A stretch of DNA of 64,000 bases from an uncultured Pelagibacteraceae bacterium (GCA_902564245.1 CACFAF010000002.1:37958-101957), one strand, 5' to 3'. Positions 1-11,548 are shown, numbered from the stretch's first letter. Numbers and translations are program-made. Notes: a model not told the origin generated them from the sequence alone.

Positions 1-2
1 AA

Positions 3-1316
3 GTAAGTTTAGTTGATGCTGCATTCCCAGGAATGTTACCTGTAATTAATGAATTTTGTGTTAAACAAGCAATAAAAACTGGCATTGGACTTAAGGCAAA
101 AATCAATAAACGATCAGTATTTGACAGAAAGAATTATTTTTATGCTGATTTGCCCCAAGGATATCAAATTTCACAATTTAAACATCCTATAGTAGGTGAG
201 GGTAAAGTTATTTTAGATATGCCAGATGGTCAAAAAGAGGTGGGTATCGAAAGGTTACATTTAGAACAAGATGCAGGAAAAAGCATTCATGATTTAGATC
301 CACAAAATACATTTGTTGATTTAAATAGATCTGGAGTAGCTTTAATGGAAATTGTTAGTAAACCAGACTTAAGATCACCTGATGAAGTAAATGTTTATAT
401 CAAAAAACTTAGATCTATTATGCGATATCTTGGAACATGTGATGGAAATATGCAGGAAGGATCTTTGAGGGCTGATGTTAATGTGTCAGTGAGAACTAAA
501 GGATCAAAAGACCTAGGCACTAGATGTGAAATAAAAAATGTAAACTCAATTAAATTTATGCAAATGGCTATAGAATATGAAGCAAATAGACAAGTTGATT
601 TAATCGAAGATGGTAAAAAAATTGACCAAGAAACTAGACTTTTTGATACAAAAAAAAATGAAACAAGATCTATGAGATCCAAAGAAGATGCACATGATTA
701 TAGGTATTTTCCAGATCCAGATCTTTTACCTTTAGAAGTTTCTGATGAATTTATTACAAAATTAGAATCCAATATTCCAGAACTACCAGATGAGAAAAAG
801 AAAAGATTTATTGATAAATTTAATTTAAGTCCTTATGAAGCAACTATTTTAGTATCAGACATTGAAACTTCAAAATATTTTGAAGATGTAATTAAAAACT
901 CAGATGTAAAGCTTGCAACTAATTGGATCATAGGAGAATTATTTGCTGTGTTAAATGATAAAAATCTAGAAATTACTCAAAGCCCAATATCAGCAAAAAA
1001 TTTATCAAAATTAATCAATTTAATTAAAGATGGTACTATTTCAGGAAAAATAGCTAAAACTATTTTTGAGTTAATGTTAGATGGAGACAAAGATCCTCAA
1101 AAAATTGTTAAGGAAAAAGGTTTAAAACAAGAAAGTGACCCTAAGGCTTTAGAAGCTCTAATTGATAAAGTTATTGATAATAATAGAGAAAAAGCCATTG
1201 AATATAAATCAGGAAAAGAAAAATTATTTGGTTTTTTTGTTGGCCAAGTGATGAAAGTTTCTGGTGGCAAAGCTAATCCTCAACTAGTAAATGAGATTTT
1301 AAAAAAAAAACTTTAA
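3..1316 (+). CDS. gatB: Asp-tRNA(Asn)/Glu-tRNA(Gln) amidotransferase subunit B (5' truncated by window edge)
   Basis: Frame is open upstream of the ATG at 33 ([13 protein letters not shown]). Motifs [46 protein letters not shown]. Confidence 0.98.
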   Translation, partial: VSLVDAAFPGMLPVINEFCVKQAIKTGIGLKAKINKRSVFDRKNYFYADLPQGYQISQFKHPIVGEGKVILDMPDGQKEVGIERLHLEQDAGKSIHDLDPQNTFVDLNRSGVALMEIVSKPDLRSPDEVNVYIKKLRSIMRYLGTCDGNMQEGSLRADVNVSVRTKGSKDLGTRCEIKNVNSIKFMQMAIEYEANRQVDLIEDGKKIDQETRLFDTKKNETRSMRSKEDAHDYRYFPDPDLLPLEVSDEFITKLESNIPELPDEKKKRFIDKFNLSPYEATILVSDIETSKYFEDVIKNSDVKLATNWIIGELFAVLNDKNLEITQSPISAKNLSKLINLIKDGTISGKIAKTIFELMLDGDKDPQKIVKEKGLKQESDPKALEALIDKVIDNNREKAIEYKSGKEKLFGFFVGQVMKVSGGKANPQLVNEILKKKL

Positions 1317-1321
1317 AGGTT

Positions 1322-1972
1322 ATGGGTTCAGACCTTAAAATAACAGAAGAATTACAAGAATATATTCTTAATCATGGACTGGAACTTCATCCAGTTCAAA
1401 AAGAAATAATAGATTACAATTCATCCCTAGGCGACATTAAAAGAATGCAGATTGCAATTTCACAAAGTCAATTTCTACATTTAATTGTTAAAATTTCAAA
1501 TGTTCAAAGTATTTTGGAGATAGGGACCTTTACAGGCTTAAGTACTTTATCAATGGCTTTAGCTTTACCTGAGAATGGAAAAATTACAGCATTAGATAAA
1601 AATGATGAAACAAATAATGTTGCAATTAATTTTTTTAAAAAAGCTAAACAAAGTCATAAGATTAAAACAATAGTCAAACCTGCTTTAGAAAGTTTAAATG
1701 AAATAAAAGATCAAACTTTTGATTTGATTTTTATTGATGCCGATAAAATGAATTATAAGAAATATTATGAAATTTCATTAGGATTAATAAGTGCTGGTGG
1801 CCTGATAATAATAGATAATGTTTTATGGTATGGTGAAGTATTAGATAAAAATAATAATGATAAAATTACTATGAATATTAAAAATTTTAATATCCACGTT
1901 TCAAATGACAAAAGAGTTGAAAAGATTATTGTTCCACTTGGAGATGGAATGACAATTTGTAGGAAAAAATAA
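1322..1972 (+). CDS. SAM-dependent O-methyltransferase (caffeoyl-CoA OMT/TrmR-like family)
   Basis: ILEIGTFTGLS SAM-binding motif, FDLIFIDADK, IIIDNVLW. Confidence 0.9.
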   Translation: MGSDLKITEELQEYILNHGLELHPVQKEIIDYNSSLGDIKRMQIAISQSQFLHLIVKISNVQSILEIGTFTGLSTLSMALALPENGKITALDKNDETNNVAINFFKKAKQSHKIKTIVKPALESLNEIKDQTFDLIFIDADKMNYKKYYEISLGLISAGGLIIIDNVLWYGEVLDKNNNDKITMNIKNFNIHVSNDKRVEKIIVPLGDGMTICRKK

Positions 1973-2880
1973 TGTTTAAAGTTTTTGGATTTTATAAATT
2001 TACTAGAATTACTTACTTAAAAAAGAATAAGGATTTGCTACATAAATTTTTAATTAAAAAAAATATAAGAGGAACAATTATTATTTCTAAAGAAGGACTT
2101 AATGGGTCAATTTCTGGTAAGTCAGATGATATTATATATTTCAAAAAAAAATTACAAAATATTTTTAGATTTAAAGATTTCGATAGTAACAATTTTTCTA
2201 AAAGTTCATTTCAACCTTTCCATAAAGCCAAAGTTAAAATTAAAAAAGAAGTAGTTCCAATGAATCTGGCATTATCTAAAAGAATTAAAAAAAAAGACAG
2301 TCATATAGAACCAAATAAATGGAATAAATTAATTAACGACAAAAATACTTTTATTATAGATTCTCGAAAACCATTTGAGTATAAAGTTGGAACTTTTAAA
2401 AAATCAATTAATCCTGATGTAGATAACTTTAGGGATTTTCCTAAATATCTTAAAAAATTAAAAAAAAATCAACCTATTGCCATGTTTTGTACAGGGGGTA
2501 TTCGCTGTGAAAAGGCTTCTGTTTTTTTAGAAAAAAAAGGGTTTAAAAATGTTTATCAGTTAAAAGGTGGAATTTTAAATTATTTAAAAAAAATCAAACA
2601 AAAAGATAGTTTATGGAAGGGTGAATGTTTTGTTTTTGACAATAGAATCTCTCTAAAACACGGTTTAAAAGTAGGTACATACTTAATGTGTAGCGGCTGT
2701 AGAATGCCAATTTCACAAAAAGATAGAAGGTCCAAGAAGTATGAGGAGGGTGTTTCTTGCCCAAATTGTTATGACAAATTAACTGAAAGACAAAAATCAC
2801 GTTTTAGAATGAGACAAAGTCAGATATACAGTGCCAAACAATCTGGAAAAAAATATATTTTTCAAAAAGAATTTAAATAA
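1972..2880 (+). CDS. trhO: Rhodanese-domain tRNA uridine(34) hydroxylase (UPF0176/TrhO family)
   Basis: GTIIISKEGLNG, KVKIKKEVV, MFCTGGIRCEKAS, GECFVFDNR. Confidence 0.9.
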   Translation: MFKVFGFYKFTRITYLKKNKDLLHKFLIKKNIRGTIIISKEGLNGSISGKSDDIIYFKKKLQNIFRFKDFDSNNFSKSSFQPFHKAKVKIKKEVVPMNLALSKRIKKKDSHIEPNKWNKLINDKNTFIIDSRKPFEYKVGTFKKSINPDVDNFRDFPKYLKKLKKNQPIAMFCTGGIRCEKASVFLEKKGFKNVYQLKGGILNYLKKIKQKDSLWKGECFVFDNRISLKHGLKVGTYLMCSGCRMPISQKDRRSKKYEEGVSCPNCYDKLTERQKSRFRMRQSQIYSAKQSGKKYIFQKEFK

Positions 2881-2888
2881 GGATAATT

Positions 2889-4259
2889 TTGTCTCAAACA
2901 ATTAAGCTAACTAAAGATCCGATTTGGTCACTGCTAAGACGTGTAACAATTCCTGCAAGTGTAGGATCATTATTTCAAACTTTTTACAATTTAGTTGATA
3001 CTTGGTTTGCAGGTAAAATTTCAGCAGAAGCGATAGGTGCGATAGCTAAATCTTTTCCAATTTATTTTACTATAATAGCTGTTGGTGTTGGTATAGGAGC
3101 TGCAACTAATGCTTTAATTGGTAATTCAATAGGAGAAAGAAAAGAAAGGGTTGCATCTTTATATATTGCTCAATCTTTAATCTTTGCCTTAGTAGTTTCA
3201 ATATTAGTTACTTTATTTGGCCTAAATGCATCAAACTTTCTTCTAGGAGTTATGGGATCTGATACTAATGGTATAGCATTAACAAGAGAGTACTTAGATA
3301 TTATTTTCTACGGTACATTTATAGTATTGATCCAAATTTCTTTAAATGGAACTTTAAATGCTCAAGGAGATACAAAAAGTTATAGAAACGTTTTAATATT
3401 TAGTTTCTTCTTAAATATTTTTTTAAATCCTTTATTTATTTGGGGATATGGTTTTATTCCAGGTTTTGGAATTGCTGGGTTAGCTATTGCTACTGTTATT
3501 TCACAATCAATTGGAACAATTTATTTAGCTTATAAAGTTAATAATTGTAAAATTAGAAAGTACCTAAAGATAGAATGTTTTATTCCTAAATTTGACTATT
3601 TAAAGCCATTAACAACACAAGGAATACCAGTTATGTTTAGTATGTTATTCATTGGTGTTGGAATTTTTAATATTTTATATTTCATTGGACAATTTGGAGA
3701 TTTAGCAACAGCTGGTTATGGTGCAGCTTTAAGGGTAGAACAAGTTTTTTTACTACCAGTGATTGGTTTAAATACAGCGGTACTTTCAATAGGAGGACAA
3801 AACTTTGGTGCAAAAGCTTATGATCGAATACGAGAACTATACACTAAAGCCTTGATGTTTGGATCATCTTTTATGGTATTAGCAGGTTTAATATTATTTT
3901 TTGGAGCAGAATTTTTTGTGTCACTATTTACAGATAATCAAGAAGCTATAGTTCATGGGGCTATTTATTTAAAAGTTGCTGCTTTAATAGGCCCTATATA
4001 CCCAGTATTTTTTATAACCACGGCAGTGTTTCAGGCTGTAAAAAAACCACTTTTTAGTCTCTACCTAAGTATATTAAGATTGACTGCATTTCCTTTTTTA
4101 AGTTTATGGTATGTAATTAATATTAGAGGGGGTGATTACCAGGACATTTTTTATACAATTATGGCTACTAATTGGACAATGGGAATTGCACTTTTAATAT
4201 TTATTGGTTATTTTTTAAACAATGTTTTTAAACAAAATAAAAGTCTTTTTAATTATTAG
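2889..4259 (+). CDS. MATE family efflux transporter
   Basis: YNLVDTWFAG, GDTKS, GIAGLAIATVIS, GQNFGAK. About 12 hydrophobic segments; TTG start. Confidence 0.92.
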   Translation: MSQTIKLTKDPIWSLLRRVTIPASVGSLFQTFYNLVDTWFAGKISAEAIGAIAKSFPIYFTIIAVGVGIGAATNALIGNSIGERKERVASLYIAQSLIFALVVSILVTLFGLNASNFLLGVMGSDTNGIALTREYLDIIFYGTFIVLIQISLNGTLNAQGDTKSYRNVLIFSFFLNIFLNPLFIWGYGFIPGFGIAGLAIATVISQSIGTIYLAYKVNNCKIRKYLKIECFIPKFDYLKPLTTQGIPVMFSMLFIGVGIFNILYFIGQFGDLATAGYGAALRVEQVFLLPVIGLNTAVLSIGGQNFGAKAYDRIRELYTKALMFGSSFMVLAGLILFFGAEFFVSLFTDNQEAIVHGAIYLKVAALIGPIYPVFFITTAVFQAVKKPLFSLYLSILRLTAFPFLSLWYVINIRGGDYQDIFYTIMATNWTMGIALLIFIGYFLNNVFKQNKSLFNY

Positions 4260-4701
4260 TATTTGTATAATATTTTTTTTTCTTACTTATAATGATGTTA
4301 AATCATATGAAATTAAGATTATAGATGGTGACACTATTCATTTGAATGGCGAAAAGATAAGATTTAGTGGAATTGATGCCCCAGAATTAAAACAAACTTG
4401 TAATAAAAATGATGAAGTTGTCTACTGCGGTGTAATAGCTAGAGAACTATTAACTAATGCAATTGTTAAAAAAAAAATACATTGTATCAGAGAAGGTAAG
4501 GACAAATATAAAAGAACATTAGCTGAATGTTTTGTAAATAATCTTAGTTTGTCAAGTTTTTTAGTAAGAGAAGGATATGCTTTTGCCTATAGAAGATATT
4601 CTAAAAAATATATTAACGATGAAGATTACGCTAGAAAAAATAAAATGGGTATATGGTCCATGGATTTTGAATATCCTTGGAATTATAGAAAAAAAAATTA
4701 A
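4222..4701 (+). CDS. Thermonuclease (SNase-like) family protein with N-terminal membrane anchor
   Basis: IIDGDTI, IRFSGIDAPE, DKYKRTLA, LVREGYA. Confidence 0.92.
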   Translation: MFLNKIKVFLIISICIIFFFLTYNDVKSYEIKIIDGDTIHLNGEKIRFSGIDAPELKQTCNKNDEVVYCGVIARELLTNAIVKKKIHCIREGKDKYKRTLAECFVNNLSLSSFLVREGYAFAYRRYSKKYINDEDYARKNKMGIWSMDFEYPWNYRKKN

Positions 4702-5429
4702 TCTTTTTTTAGTTTCTTTTCTAGTTTTCTAACAAAGTAAGAAACAATTAATATTAAGACTAAATATTCAAGAATTAAAAATGTGTAAATTTCTAATGGC
4801 CTATAAGTTGTAACAACTAGCTCGTTAGCTTTTCTTGTTAAATCACCAATTCCTATTATGGAAACTAATGAAGACATTTTTAGTACATAAACAAATTGAT
4901 TACCAATAGCAGGTAAAATATTTTTTATTGCTTGAGGAAGAACTACTAAACGTAACTTTCTAAAGAAACTTAATCCTAATGAACTTCCAGCTTCCCATTG
5001 TGATTTTTTAATAGAATTTATCCCAGCTCTAAAAATTTCAGCTTGGAAGGCACTCTCGCTTATTGATAAAGCAATAATACCAGATACAAAAGGACTAAAG
5101 CTTATTCCAGTCATTATAGGTAAACCGTAATAAATCCATAAGATTAAAACTAAAAGGGGGATTGCTCTTACTATTTCAACATAACCAATATTTAGATAGG
5201 TTAAAAACTTATTTTTTGCTAACGAAGGAACAGCAACAATAAATCCAATTATCATAGAAATAATTATTGAAACTATAGAAATATAAATTGTTGTTGTTAG
5301 ACCACTAAGTAAAAATTTTAGATTTGTTAATCCCTCTATATTATTAGGAGATAAAATAAACCACCCCAACTCTTGTCCACTGCAAGACGTAAGAGGTAAG
5401 ATCAAAAGTAAAAAAAATAAATTTCTCAC
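4698..5429 (-). CDS. Polar amino acid ABC transporter permease (HisM/GlnP family)
   Basis: YVEIVRAIPLLV, SAFQAEIFRAG, QWEAGSSLG (EAA loop), LPQAIKNILP. Confidence 0.93.
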   Translation of the reverse strand: MRNLFFLLLILPLTSCSGQELGWFILSPNNIEGLTNLKFLLSGLTTTIYISIVSIIISMIIGFIVAVPSLAKNKFLTYLNIGYVEIVRAIPLLVLILWIYYGLPIMTGISFSPFVSGIIALSISESAFQAEIFRAGINSIKKSQWEAGSSLGLSFFRKLRLVVLPQAIKNILPAIGNQFVYVLKMSSLVSIIGIGDLTRKANELVVTTYRPLEIYTFLILEYLVLILIVSYFVRKLEKKLKKD

Positions 5430-5469
5430 TTTTAATGTTATAAAGTATTAAAAATTAATATCTAACTGA

Positions 5470-6237
5470 TTATAAACTTTTTAGATTGTATTTAGCTAAA
5501 AGTTTTGTAAAAAAACCTGATGATTTTTTCTTTTTAATCCAGTCATTTACATAATTTTTCCAATTTTCATCACCTTTAGGTACCATCATTGCTAAAAAGG
5601 CAGGATTTTTTTCTCCGTCAGGTACAATTGCTAACTGAGGATATGTAATTATCAATTTATTAGCTTCAGTTGAACTTGTTATATTTCCATCTGCTCTTCC
5701 TGCTAGAACTTCTTGAAAGTCTCTTGCTGGGGCTTCAACAGAATTTAGTTTAGATTTAGGAAAAAATTCTTTAGCTTTTTCCTCTTGAGATGTACCAAGA
5801 GTGGTTGCTATTGTTACTTTTTCATTATTTAAAGAATCCCATGTAGAGAACTTTTTCAAATTCTTTTTAAGCACAAGTGGAACAGTTCCATATTTATAAT
5901 AAGTGTCAGTAAATCCAGCTACTTCAGCTCTTTTAGGAGTTTTGGTTACACTAGTTGAAATATCATATCTAGATGAAGTAATTCCAGATACAATTGTTTT
6001 CCATTCTGCTGGAACAAACTTAATTTTAACGCCCATATCTTTTGCCAATTCATTCATTACATCAATATCAAATCCTTTATATTTGTTAGTAGCCGGGTCT
6101 TTGATCGTCATAGGATCCCAATCACCAGTAGTACCAACTCTTAATTCACCAGAAGATAAAATTTTATTTAGATTTGACTCTGCATTTAAAGAAAAAGGTA
6201 AAAATGTAAATATTATTATTAAAAATATTTTTTTCAT
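5470..6237 (-). CDS. Family 3 periplasmic solute-binding protein, cyclohexadienyl dehydratase-like
   Basis: Signal peptide [19 protein letters not shown], start placed at ATG 6237. [22 protein letters not shown] motifs. Confidence 0.88.
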   Translation of the reverse strand: MKKIFLIIIFTFLPFSLNAESNLNKILSSGELRVGTTGDWDPMTIKDPATNKYKGFDIDVMNELAKDMGVKIKFVPAEWKTIVSGITSSRYDISTSVTKTPKRAEVAGFTDTYYKYGTVPLVLKKNLKKFSTWDSLNNEKVTIATTLGTSQEEKAKEFFPKSKLNSVEAPARDFQEVLAGRADGNITSSTEANKLIITYPQLAIVPDGEKNPAFLAMMVPKGDENWKNYVNDWIKKKKSSGFFTKLLAKYNLKSL

Positions 6238-6274
6238 ACTTTTTTTAAATAACTGATTTGAATAAAAATTGAGA

Positions 6275-6838
6275 CTATAATCTTGACGCAGCATCATTCA
6301 TCCAAGAGAATAAATGTTGAGAAAATGAGCGCCTTACAAAAAGGTTTGCGACATTTTGGTCTTGATTATGAATAGTAACATCAATTTTTGAAATAATTGT
6401 TTGAGCAACTGAACCTTTTTTGTTTCTAAATATATTAAAATTAAAAGGAGATCCAGTTTGAAATAAATCGTATATTCTATTTCCTTTAAGATTAATCATC
6501 ACAAATTGATCCGTAACATCTATTACTGCCCCAAGATTTACTTTTGATATACTATTATTTAATATCTCTTGTGTTTCATAATAATTATTACTTTCGTCAA
6601 GAGTATCATTTGAAAAAATCATCCATTCATCAGGACTAAGCCAAAGTGCTGTCAATTTTTCACTTTGAGTAGAGGTGTTAGCTTCTATAGGCAAAAGCAT
6701 ATTTAATGACTTTCCTACTGCAGATATAAATTCTCTTTTCTTCCCTCTTATGATTAATTTCATAATTGGTTTTACTTCTTTCATTTGAAGATCTTGATAT
6801 GATTTTACTTCAGGTAGAGATTGATTATAATTAAGCAT
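6275..6838 (-). CDS. soxG: Heterotetrameric sarcosine oxidase-family subunit gamma
   Basis: [19 protein letters not shown]; last gene of the soxBDAG order. Confidence 0.92.
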   Translation of the reverse strand: MLNYNQSLPEVKSYQDLQMKEVKPIMKLIIRGKKREFISAVGKSLNMLLPIEANTSTQSEKLTALWLSPDEWMIFSNDTLDESNNYYETQEILNNSISKVNLGAVIDVTDQFVMINLKGNRIYDLFQTGSPFNFNIFRNKKGSVAQTIISKIDVTIHNQDQNVANLFVRRSFSQHLFSWMNDAASRL

Positions 6839-9836
6839 TTAATCTTTTATTTTCCTTATCTAAAAAAACTGGATCAGTTATTGTTACATTAATTAATTTT
6901 TTTTCCATTGGTATGATTAATTTTTGACCCATCATATTTTTTCCACCTCTAACGACTCCTAGAGCAATAGATTTTTTAAGATTAGGGCTATAATAACTCG
7001 AAGTTACATGTCCTAACATTTCAACAGGTGATTTTTTTATGTCAGCAACTATTTGCGCTCCTTCTTCTAATACTTCATCAGGATTTTCTGTTAAAAGACC
7101 AACTAATTGTTTTCTATCTTCTCTAATAGTATCCGATCTATACAAAGATCTTTTTCCAATAAAGTCGTATTTTTTTTTACTTACAATCCAATCCATTTGT
7201 AAGTCTATAGGAGTCATTGTTGCATCTGTATCTTGACCTACAATTATAAATCCTTTTTCTGCTCTTAATAAATGCATAGTTTCTGTTCCATAAGGTGTTA
7301 TGTTAAAATCTTTTCCTGCTTCCATACATTTTTCCCATACGGATTTACCATAATTAGCCTGTACATTAATTTCATAACTATGTTCTCCAGTAAAACTTAT
7401 TCTCATAACTCTACAATTTATTTTATCAATTTTTGCATTTTGGAATGACATATGTGGAAATTTTTCATCAGTAAAATCTAAATCAGATATAACACTTGAG
7501 ACAATTTTTTTACTATTTGGACCACAAACACTAATTGTTGCAAAATGATCAGTAACTGAGGTTAAATAAACATCTAATTCAGGCCATTCTGTTTGAAGAT
7601 AATCTTCTAATTTGCCCATAACATTAGCTGCACCACCAGTTGTTGTTGTCATTATATAATGATTTTCAGCTAATCTAGTAGTAACACCATCATCATAAAC
7701 CATACCATCTTCATTAAGCATTAAACCATATCTACATTTTCCGATAGCAAGTTTTGACCAAGCATTTGTATAAACTCGATTTAAAAATTCTGAAGCATCA
7801 GTTCCTTGAATATCGATTTTACCTAACGTAGAAGCATCCAATATACCTGCACTATCTCTTGCTGCTTTACTTTCTCTTTGCACAGCCTGATGCATATCTT
7901 CATTGTTTATTGGATAATACCAAGCTCTTTTCCATTGACCTACATTCTCGAATTCAGCATTATTTTTGACATGCCAATCATGAATTGGAGTTTTTCTAAA
8001 AATATCAAAATATTCACCAACATTTCTTCCAACTATAGTTCCAAAAGTTAGTGGAGTGTAGGGTGGCCTAAATGTTGTTGTACCAAGCTCACCCATTTTG
8101 GCATCTGCAGTTTCAGAAATTATTCCTAGTGCATGCATATTACCAAGTTTACCTTGATCTGTACCCATACCAGTTGTTGTATATCTTTTAACGTGTTCAA
8201 TTGATCTAAAACCTTCTTTTAGAGCTAGTTTTATATCTTTTGCAGTTGAATCATTTTGATAGTCAACAAAAGGTTTAGTTTTTCCTAAAATTTTATCTGA
8301 TGGAAGTAACCAAATATTTCTTTTTAATTTACTATAAGAAGATTTAACATCAACATTATCATAATTGGTATCTTTAATTTCTAAAAATTTAATTAATAAT
8401 TTTGGTGTATTTGTAAGAATTTCATCCAAAGTAAATTCTCCATTACAAGAACCAATACTTATTTGTTTTGAATTATAAGTAAGTGGTATAAATACTTGAT
8501 CTTCTTCTCTAAATCTCAATTTTCCACCAGATTGAGTAAATAAATGTACTGCTGGAGTCCATCCTCCTGAAACTCCCAAACAATCACAATTTAAGGTAGT
8601 TTTAGAACCGATAACTTTTTCTCCATCTTTTGAAAGCTGCATTATTGAAACTTTATTAATTCTTTTATAGCCAGAGGTATTAACTACCGTAAATCCTTTA
8701 AAAATCTTAATATTATTTTTTTCTACTTCTTTAACTAATTTTGAATTTACTTGCTCTCTATTATCAATGATAGATTCAACTTTTATACCTTTTTGAATTA
8801 AGCTTATGGCTGTTTCATAAGCACTATCATTATTTGTTAATAATATATTTTTTTCTCCACAAGCTACTCCATATAGATCAGCATATTTTTTTATGGCTGA
8901 TGAAAGTAAAATACCAGGACGATCATTATTATCAAAAATTAAAGGTCTTTCTATTGCTCCTGTTGCAGTAATAACTTTTTTGGCTCTTATTTTCAGTAAT
9001 TTTTGCCTCGTTTTATTATTTCTTTGTTCAATCGGTAGATGATCAGTAAGACTTTCTCTTGCTAGTAAAAAATTATAACCATGATATGCCGCAACACTAG
9101 TCCTGGTTTTAATTTCAAGATTTTCTAATTTTTTAAGTTCATTAATTTCTTTTTCTAACCAAGAACCAGAATTTTGATTATTTATTTTAAAATAATCTGA
9201 ATTTTGATAAATTGTTGATCCACCAAGATATGGCCTTTCATCGACTAATAGTGTTTTTAAACCATTCTTAGCTGATATTTTGGCAGCTATAATTCCTGAG
9301 ATACCTGCTCCTATTACAATTACATCACAGTGAATATATCTATGTTCATAAACATCTGGATCTGGTTCAACAGGAGATTTACCTAAACCAGCAGATTTTC
9401 TAATAAAATATTCATACTTTTTCCAAAAGCTTGCAGGCCACATAAAGGTTTTATAATAAAAACCGGCAGGTAAAAGTGGGGATAATAGATTATTTATTCC
9501 ACCAATATCAAAGTTAACGCTTGGCCAACAATTTTGACTAGATGCTTCTAATCCTTCATAAATTTCAACTTCAGTGGCTCTTACATTGGGTTCAGTTCTA
9601 GATGTATTATCGTGTAGTTGAATTATTGCATTTGGTTCTTCTGAACCAGCTGTCATAATTCCTCGTGGTCTATGATATTTAAAACTTCTACCCACTAAGT
9701 GTACATCATTTGCTAATAGAGCTGATGCAAGCGTATCACCTTTGAAACCATAATATTTTGTTCCATTAAATTTAAAAGAAATTCTATTTGTTTTGTCAAT
9801 TAATTTACTGGTTTTGACTCTTAAATTTTTTGTCAT
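6831..9836 (-). CDS. soxA: Heterotetrameric sarcosine oxidase-family subunit alpha
   Basis: GDTLASALLAN, RSFKYHRPRG, KRYTTTGMGTDQGK, GcvT-like C-terminal half. Confidence 0.96.
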   Translation of the reverse strand: MTKNLRVKTSKLIDKTNRISFKFNGTKYYGFKGDTLASALLANDVHLVGRSFKYHRPRGIMTAGSEEPNAIIQLHDNTSRTEPNVRATEVEIYEGLEASSQNCWPSVNFDIGGINNLLSPLLPAGFYYKTFMWPASFWKKYEYFIRKSAGLGKSPVEPDPDVYEHRYIHCDVIVIGAGISGIIAAKISAKNGLKTLLVDERPYLGGSTIYQNSDYFKINNQNSGSWLEKEINELKKLENLEIKTRTSVAAYHGYNFLLARESLTDHLPIEQRNNKTRQKLLKIRAKKVITATGAIERPLIFDNNDRPGILLSSAIKKYADLYGVACGEKNILLTNNDSAYETAISLIQKGIKVESIIDNREQVNSKLVKEVEKNNIKIFKGFTVVNTSGYKRINKVSIMQLSKDGEKVIGSKTTLNCDCLGVSGGWTPAVHLFTQSGGKLRFREEDQVFIPLTYNSKQISIGSCNGEFTLDEILTNTPKLLIKFLEIKDTNYDNVDVKSSYSKLKRNIWLLPSDKILGKTKPFVDYQNDSTAKDIKLALKEGFRSIEHVKRYTTTGMGTDQGKLGNMHALGIISETADAKMGELGTTTFRPPYTPLTFGTIVGRNVGEYFDIFRKTPIHDWHVKNNAEFENVGQWKRAWYYPINNEDMHQAVQRESKAARDSAGILDASTLGKIDIQGTDASEFLNRVYTNAWSKLAIGKCRYGLMLNEDGMVYDDGVTTRLAENHYIMTTTTGGAANVMGKLEDYLQTEWPELDVYLTSVTDHFATISVCGPNSKKIVSSVISDLDFTDEKFPHMSFQNAKIDKINCRVMRISFTGEHSYEINVQANYGKSVWEKCMEAGKDFNITPYGTETMHLLRAEKGFIIVGQDTDATMTPIDLQMDWIVSKKKYDFIGKRSLYRSDTIREDRKQLVGLLTENPDEVLEEGAQIVADIKKSPVEMLGHVTSSYYSPNLKKSIALGVVRGGKNMMGQKLIIPMEKKLINVTITDPVFLDKENKRLNA

Positions 9837-9839
9837 GAA

Positions 9840-10115
9840 CTATTTTGTTGGAGGTTTTTCACCCATTTTATAAACTGCTTTAATTTCATCATTCGAAGTA
9901 TCACGAACCATATTAAACCATTTTCTACATCCATGTATATGATTCCATCTCTCAAATTGAACACCTTTGATATTTTTTCTCATAAATAAATATTCAGCCC
10001 ATTCATCATCGCTTAGCTCTGTTGGTTGTTTTGGTCTGACTATATGAGCTTCTCCACCAGCTTTAAATTCACTTTGTTCTCTTTCACCACAAAAAGGACA
10101 ATAAATTAAAAACAT
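9840..10115 (-). CDS. soxD: Sarcosine oxidase-family subunit delta
   Basis: CPFCGER...EF, HIHGCRKWF zinc motif. Confidence 0.95.
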   Translation of the reverse strand: MFLIYCPFCGEREQSEFKAGGEAHIVRPKQPTELSDDEWAEYLFMRKNIKGVQFERWNHIHGCRKWFNMVRDTSNDEIKAVYKMGEKPPTK

Positions 10116-11368
10116 TAGTGTGCTACAGCAGCAGCGCCATGTTCATCTACAAGATCACCACTTACAAATCTGTTTATATTAAAAGCTGCATTCAATTTAT
10201 GTGGTTCATCATTTGCAATTGTGTGAGCAAATAAATCTCCAGAACCTGGCGTAGCTTTAAAACCACCAGTACCCCAGCCACAATTAAAATATAATCCCTT
10301 AATGCTAGTTTTACTTATTATCGGGCTTGCGTCAGGACATATATCTACAATCCCACCCCATTGACGTAACATTCTCATACGACTAAATATTGGATATAAT
10401 TCTAGAATCGCATTTAAAGTTCCTTCTACAATGTCATGACTTCCTTTTTGCGAATAAGAAACATAATCATCCGTACCAGCACCTATAACTAATTCACCTT
10501 TATCTGATTGACTAACATAAGCGTGAACAGCATTTGACATCACCACTGTATCAATAATTGGTTTAACAGGCTCAGACACTAAAGCTTGAAGAGGTTTACT
10601 TTCCAATGGTAATTTTAATCCAGCCATATTTGCAATTACACTTGAATGTCCAGCAGCAACTACTCCAATTTTTTTTGTTTTTATAAAACCTTTGCTTGTT
10701 TCAACACCTTCAACTGTATCAGCATTTCTTTTAATACCTTTAACTTCACAATTTTGTATAATATCAACACCCATTTCATTAGCACCTCTTGCATAACCCC
10801 AAGCAACAGCATCATGTCTAGCAGTTCCAGCTCTTTTTTGTAATGTTCCTCCTAATACAGGGTAGCGTATATCTGGAGATGTATTTATAATAGGGCAAAA
10901 TTTTTTGACTTCATCAGTATTTAGATAAACTGCGTCAATACCATTTAATCTATTAGCATGGGTTCGTCTTTTTAAATCTCTCACATCCTGTAAATTATGT
11001 GCAAGGTTTATAACTCCTCTTTGACTGAACATAACGTTATAATTTAACTCTTGTGATAATCCTTCCCAGATATTTAAGGCATGATTGTACAAGCCTGCAC
11101 TTGCGTCCCATAAATAGTTTGATCGAATTATAGTTGTATTTCTTCCTGTATTACCTCCACCAATCCAACCCTTTTCAATTACTGCAATATTTTTCATGTT
11201 GTGTTTTTTTGCTAAATAAAAAGCAGTAGCTAAACCATGACCGCCCCCACCAATTATTACAGTTTCATATTCTTTTTTTGGAACAGGGTCTTTCCACGCT
11301 TTTTGCCAATTTTCATGGTAAGAAAATGCGTTTTTAATTAATGCAAATATTGAATACTTATTTTTCAT
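10115..11368 (-). CDS. soxB: Sarcosine oxidase-family subunit beta
   Basis: [15 protein letters not shown] motif, [27 protein letters not shown]. Start placed at ATG 11368 (MKNKYS). Confidence 0.96.
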   Translation of the reverse strand: MKNKYSIFALIKNAFSYHENWQKAWKDPVPKKEYETVIIGGGGHGLATAFYLAKKHNMKNIAVIEKGWIGGGNTGRNTTIIRSNYLWDASAGLYNHALNIWEGLSQELNYNVMFSQRGVINLAHNLQDVRDLKRRTHANRLNGIDAVYLNTDEVKKFCPIINTSPDIRYPVLGGTLQKRAGTARHDAVAWGYARGANEMGVDIIQNCEVKGIKRNADTVEGVETSKGFIKTKKIGVVAAGHSSVIANMAGLKLPLESKPLQALVSEPVKPIIDTVVMSNAVHAYVSQSDKGELVIGAGTDDYVSYSQKGSHDIVEGTLNAILELYPIFSRMRMLRQWGGIVDICPDASPIISKTSIKGLYFNCGWGTGGFKATPGSGDLFAHTIANDEPHKLNAAFNINRFVSGDLVDEHGAAAVAH

Positions 11369-11372
11369 AATA

Positions 11373-11414
11373 TTATAAAGCAATAATTACTTTATAAATA
11401 TTGAATATTCAATA
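11373..11414. promoter_or_regulatory. Two adjacent palindromes in the soxB / tRNA-Ser divergent promoter region
   Basis: TTATAAAG-caataatta-CTTTATAA (11373-11397) and the perfect 16-bp palindrome TATTGAATATTCAATA (11399-11414). Confidence 0.45.
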
Positions 11415-11439
11415 CAATCGGTTATATCACTTACGTAGT

Positions 11440-11532
11440 GGAAGAGTGGGTGAGATGGCTGAAACCAATCGGTTGCTAACTGATCTTACGTGGAAACATG
11501 TAACGTGGGTTCGAATCCCACCTCTTCCGCCA
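11440..11532 (+). tRNA. tRNA-Ser(GCT)
   Basis: Acceptor GGAAGAG/CTCTTCC-G-CCA, anticodon arm ATCGG-TT-GCT-AA-CTGAT, long variable arm, GGTTCGAATCC. Confidence 0.97.
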
Positions 11533-11548
11533 AATTCTCTGCTCTAAG

